This document shows positions 60,274-64,000 of a DNA stretch of 64,000 nt, one piece after another. How positions within the stretch are numbered: the stretch's first letter is position 1; each line of letters begins with the position of its first letter. The translations under genes were made by a program, and so were the position numbers. The stretch is from Mizuhopecten yessoensis (lineage: Eukaryota): NCBI RefSeq assembly GCF_002113885.1, contig NW_018408547.1:205165-269164 (forward strand). Direction: 5' to 3'. The notes below the pieces were generated by a model. The model did no database searches. It saw nothing but the letters and a program-made list of their open reading frames with translations, and was not told the origin of the DNA.

Positions 60274-60520
60274 GGGGTAGTCGGTTGGCTTAGTGGATAA
60301 CGCACTCGCCTTTCACCAAGGAGGCCGGAGTTCGATTCCCCGATCGGATGCGAAAAGGTATGGGCTCATCTGCCAGACTTTGTTGGGTTTCTCCAGGTAT
60401 TCCGGTTGCCTCCCACATTAAGACCCCCGCACGCTAATATTTGGGTGAGTATGAGTGATTAATATAAGTTGTAATAAGCTTTTTAATTGTTGTTGTTAAA
60501 AATATAAAGTTTATATATAT
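60274..60520 (+). mobile_element. V-domain tRNA SINE, second family
   Basis: TGGCTTAGTGG A box; GTTCGATTCC B box; GGGTTTCTCCAGGTATTCCGGTTGCCTCCCACA. Confidence 0.85.
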
Positions 60521-60808
60521 ATGTTATTCTTTGCTTGACACATGTATAATGTCATCCTGCCTTAGTAATTGTTTGACCGAGATTCCACCCTGACCCTGTT
60601 TAGGGTTGGTAAAAGACCCCCGCACGCTAATATTTGGGTGAGTATGAGTGATTAATATAAGTTGTAATAAGCTTTTTAATTGTTGTTGTTAAATATATAA
60701 AGTTTATATATGTATGTTATTCTTTGCTTGACACATGTATAATGTCATCCTGCCTTAGTAATTGTTTGACCGAGATTCCACCCTGACCCTGTTTAGGGTT
60801 GGTAAAAG
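60420..60808. repeat. 193-bp tandem duplication starting inside the SINE
   Basis: AAGACCCCCGCACGCTAATATTTGGG...TTTAGGGTTGGTAAAAG occurs twice. Confidence 0.95.
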
Positions 60809-60939
60809 CCTTAATCATAGGTTAACATAGACAGTATTCCTCCGTGCTCCAGTCACAGGCTAACATATACTGTACAACAATGTCCTAGTTAAGGGAATCC
60901 TCGAAATAACAGACGTTACGCTCACCTACGTACAAAGAA

Positions 60940-61236
60940 TGTAAGAGAGTGTGACCATCGGAAGTAAGAGAGTGTGACCCTCGGAAGTAAGAGAGTGTGA
61001 CCACCGGAAGTAAAAGAGTGTGACCCCCGGAAGTAAGATGGTGTGACCCCTGGAAGTAAGAGAGTGTGACCCCTAGAAGTCAGAGAGTGACCCCAGAAAG
61101 AGAGAGTGTGATCCCTGGAACTAAGAGAGTGTGACCCCTGGAAGTAAGTGAGTGTGACACCTAGAAGTCAGAGAGTGTGAACCCTGGAAGTAAGAGAATG
61201 TGACCCCCTGGAAGTAAGAGAGTGTGACCCTTGGAA
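60940..61236. repeat. ~22-bp minisatellite, about 13 copies
   Basis: GGAAGTAAGAGAGTGTGACCCC(T/C). Confidence 0.95.
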
Positions 61237-62124
61237 TTTCAAAGACGAGTTTAAGGTTGACATAAATATCATCCCAACCTACTTGAAAACAGTATTTCAT
61301 CTTTTCAAACTTTAGGGCATTATAGGCACTTGTTCAAATTTGATTAAATATTAATATTTTGCAAGATAGTTCAGTAACAGTCAAGATAACAATCAATTGT
61401 TAATCAGTAATATTTCGGTTTTAATTTACAGATATGAACACTATAAATGAAGTGGAGGAGATATAAAACGTCCGCATGTGTACTCTCATATGCTAGCTGC
61501 TCCGCTAGTCTGAGCTTTCGTGTGCTTCCATACCCGAGTGGATACGATCTAAATAATACCCTGGATCTACCCAGTGTCACATAATAGCTCATCTATAAAT
61601 AGCTTTAAAAACAGAATACCGACGGTTAAACTCGTACTTTTCAAAGCATTGTTGGCTTAACCTCGTTTTTATTTGCAACATAGATAAAGAATTGAAATTC
61701 CTTATAATCTACATTCTGTTCCATGTTTTATCTTCAGACGTTATCTTTTTAATCTCTTCATGTGGAATTATGATCATAAAAGTACAACTGGATAAATTAT
61801 ATAAATGTCGGCCACCAGACTTTCAGTCGACAATGAATGGCTAGACTTGTGCACCTACACCAGACGTAGTGTAACAGTCTATATTATGTACAGCACGTAA
61901 ACAGATATTACCCGATATGCTCATCACATTGATTACATTATTTCTATTTAACAACATGCAGGTACAGTATATATTCATCGATCTAAACAAACCGAGAGAT
62001 GAGCTTTAAGGTCTCTCTGTCGGCCATGTATGCCCTACCTGCGTAATATACCTGGCATGCACTTCCTGCGACTATCTGCACATCGCCACAGATTTATTTA
62101 TATATGTGATACACAATAGCATAC

Positions 62125-62212
62125 CTGTTGATGGGGACAGCATTGATAGGATATACAGCACTAGGAAGATCCTTGACCAGGTGCACAATTGAGATTTCAT
62201 GATGCCGACCAT
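62125..62212 (-). CDS. nAChR alpha-like subunit, exon 1 (signal peptide)
   Basis: MVGIMKSQLCTWSRIFLVLYILSMLSPST(G); phase-1 gtatgc donor; alternative start at 62200. Confidence 0.8.
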
Positions 62213-63202
62213 TTCTGCTGACAGTGTCCTCCGCGGCCTCGACAAGCTCCAACCCAAGTGTGACGAGGTATGCAAGCTTCCTAGGCCTCGGTGTTAAATA
62301 TCCTCCTTTGTTGTTCTGTATGCTAACAAACAGTCTTTTATTTGTATTCGCGATGAGACGTGTTCTGAATAATTCAATAAAGCATGCGTGAGGAGTTGTG
62401 AGAAGAGTAGGTGGTAACTGATCCATGAAAATGTTGTAACTCATGCATTGTACCTATCATCAAGAATCAAGTTCAAGTCATAGTAGTTATAATGTATAGC
62501 AATAAACTGATCCACGTGTTATCGGTACAGTGCGTGTATCACTGTTAGCGGTGTGACACGTTCACACGATACTGACATGGTGAACTGAGAACACATTTCG
62601 TGTCTGACGTGGCCTCACCATAAATAGTTGGTGTTTTTTGAAAACTTTTTAAAGAATTGACATGTGATGAAATGTATCTTTTACAGTTCTAAAACGAGTT
62701 GTCACTTTACGTTTTAAGATTATTGTTATATATGACGTACTGTGCGTTCAGTTTCGTTATGCCGCTAGTTATATTGATACTGTAAGTAGTTAGTACTTTC
62801 TAGTATTCCGTACTGGACACAAATTTTGACAAGGAATTGTTTTTATTAAATTATGACTAGACATTAAGGCAATTCCACTGAAATAAGATCAATAACGAAC
62901 ACATACATCACTGACGTGATAGCCCCGTGCTAAAGTGCACCTGATCGCGTGCCATACAAATGGTTAAAAGACAAATATTAAAAATAGATCTTTTGAAAAA
63001 ATAGCCCCATATTAATATACAAAACACATTTTTCAATTCATTATTGCATGGGTTGGTAGTCCAAAATTTAGTGAATGTGAAGTATATTTGAAAAATATGA
63101 TGCCGAACAAAAAGCCTCGCTACGTTTTTGGTATTCGTTTTTAATCATACTGGATGTATATATTTGTAAAATAATTTAAGTCTCTGGTCTAAGGGTTTTT
63201 TG

Positions 63203-63747
63203 TTTAGTCCCCTACCGGTGAAACCGGGGGAACTATAGTTCTTGTCTGCGTTCGTCTGTCGGTCGCGACGTTCGTCGGTCCGTCAGTTGTCCGTCCGTTA
63301 TCTTTGGTCAAGATTTTGGTTAAAGTTTCGTAATGGCTTACCATACACTTAATAATGATGCTAGGATGTTGATTCTTTGCATAGAGGTTCTATAGGGGTC
63401 CAGCCTTAATACTGTGGATTGCAAATGGAATATATATATATTTATTTTCAATTTTGACATGTTTTCCACTTAACTATCTTGGCCAAAATCTGCAGGCTAA
63501 AGTTTGGGTTAAAGTTTTGTAATGGCTCACCGTTCACTTAATAATAGTGTTAGGATGCTGATTTTATGTACAGAGGTTATTCAGGCGTCTAGCATTGATG
63601 TTATTTTACAGTGGAAAAATAAAAATAATTTTTTTTGAATTTGTGACATGTTTTCAACCTAACTATCTTGGCCAAAATCTGCAGGTTAAAGTTTTGGGGC
63701 CCGTAGGGGACATGCATTGGTTCATCAATGCTCACAAAATGCTTGTT
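63203..63747. mobile_element. HINE/Helentron-type element
   Basis: TTAGTCCCCTACCGGTGAAACCGG hairpin; GTCC microsatellite; ~185-bp units; end GTAGGGGACA...ATGCTTGTT. Confidence 0.8.
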
Positions 63748-64000
63748 AAATACGTAAGATATAATTCAATAATAACGGTTAGTTACGGTTAAGGTCATAG
63801 GAGTGTGTTGCTAAACGGAAATAGGAAGTACATCCCTAGTTGAAACCCCAATGTAGGGAGACAGTATCACAATTTCCGCATATTCTAATGTTTAATATTA
63901 AACTGATGAATATTGTATGCTTATTATTGACAGAACAGTGTGTTCTTTTCAATATTAAAGTATTGCAAAGCAATCCTGGCATTAATTCAGTTGTTTTTAA

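Noticed and set aside
60274-60345. tRNA gene
   Set aside because: It is the tRNA-derived head of a SINE and continues into the V-domain core; I found no intact tRNA or rRNA gene in the window.
60926-60970. Receptor exon 1 candidate
   Set aside because: It encodes no signal peptide in the required phase; 62125-62212 fits far better.

Overview
AT-rich, intron-rich animal genomic DNA. The repeat types (V- and Meta-type tRNA SINEs, Helentron/HINE-type satellite elements, HERO/CR1/L2 LINE remnants) suggest a bivalve mollusc; this is inference. I reconstructed five spliced protein-coding genes by hand, using GT-AG sites with matching phase. (1) PANK4, minus strand, 7 coding exons from 4930 to 244, continuing off the left edge. 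(2) An orphan-like basic protein, plus strand, 14452-20365. (3) An uncharacterised ~298-aa multi-pass membrane protein, minus strand, 29580-25039. (4) An N/D/S/Q-repeat plus coiled-coil protein, plus strand, 40091-44638. (5) A divergent nicotinic acetylcholine receptor alpha-type Cys-loop subunit, minus strand, 8 exons, 62212-50780. Five observations stand out. (a) Four tandem arrays are built from an exon's own 3' end plus its splice donor and run into the downstream intron. (b) Minimal type I hammerhead ribozymes in Penelope-like mini-insertions cluster at 22.8-26.4 kb, three of them sense to gene 3. (c) Several elements end in long hairpins with strand-polar CGAG/CGAG tandem mismatches; one has a GCGAAGC tip that looks flipped relative to its arms. 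(d) A 3'UTR duplication carries an 80-bp junction filler copied from 4.8 kb away. (e) The receptor keeps a full ACh aromatic box but has a non-canonical M2 pore. No database searches were run.
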